This document shows positions 24,439-24,617 of a stretch of DNA of 24,617 nt, in pieces. Within the stretch, counting starts at the first letter, position 1, and the number at the start of each line of letters is the position of its first letter. The position numbers and the translations under genes are program-made. The stretch is from the IMG/VR virus record IMGVR_UViG_3300038379_000200, positions 1-24,617 of that record; one strand, written 5' to 3'. This DNA is from a virus (taxonomy: Duplodnaviria; Caudoviricetes). The notes below the pieces were generated by a model. That model was not told the origin of the DNA, ran no database searches, and saw only the letters and a program-made list of their open reading frames with translations.

Positions 24439-24617
24439 ACGAATTTTTCTTCCTGGACCCCTGTCTAGTGTACATTTGTCCACCTGGCCAGGCCCTGGTT
24501 CTCAAAATCAGCCCGGCTATCGCGCAATGGGGCCAGCCTCTGGGCCAGGGAAATCGCGCAATGGGCAGCCTTTTCGGTCAATGGAGCCTCTATTTGGACC
24601 ATGATTTTAAGAACAAC

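Noticed and set aside
23585-24604. Plus-strand ORFs over the promoter array
   Set aside because: GC-rich shadows opposite minus-strand genes that have promoters and RBSs
1-24617. Stop-codon reassignment
   Set aside because: Core genes are full length in the standard code and TAA, TAG and TGA all end credible genes

Overview
The window is part of a tailed-phage (or prophage) genome, almost all on the minus strand. Read right to left in transcription order: (i) ~20.0-24.45 kb is a GC-rich array of very small genes plus a ParB-N-domain gene, driven by seven co-oriented sigma70-like promoters that share an AGTGT(C) motif just downstream of the -10 box, several with long palindromes upstream; inside it is an ORF-free, highly structured 21.36-21.51 kb element. 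(ii) ~17.55-20.0 kb is a divergent control region with a short plus-strand operon, an 8-bp tandem repeat and a TGTACA/G-run-rich tract. (iii) 13.26-17.55 kb is a five-gene cassette directly upstream of terminase: a matrixin-like protease, two signal-peptide CxxCH (c-type haem) proteins and two low-complexity secreted proteins. (iv) 0-13.25 kb is the head module: terS, gpA-type terL, portal, two paralogous lectin-like proteins, a 20-aa-repeat fibre, a head-completion protein, a metallophosphoesterase, scaffold, a P22-like coat protein with a duplicated insertion domain, and a holin-like gene start. A planctomycete host is inferred from the style of the cassette proteins, not shown. Several small genes appear to carry single-base frameshifts or an ATA start. 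All family calls are by motif recognition; no searches were run.
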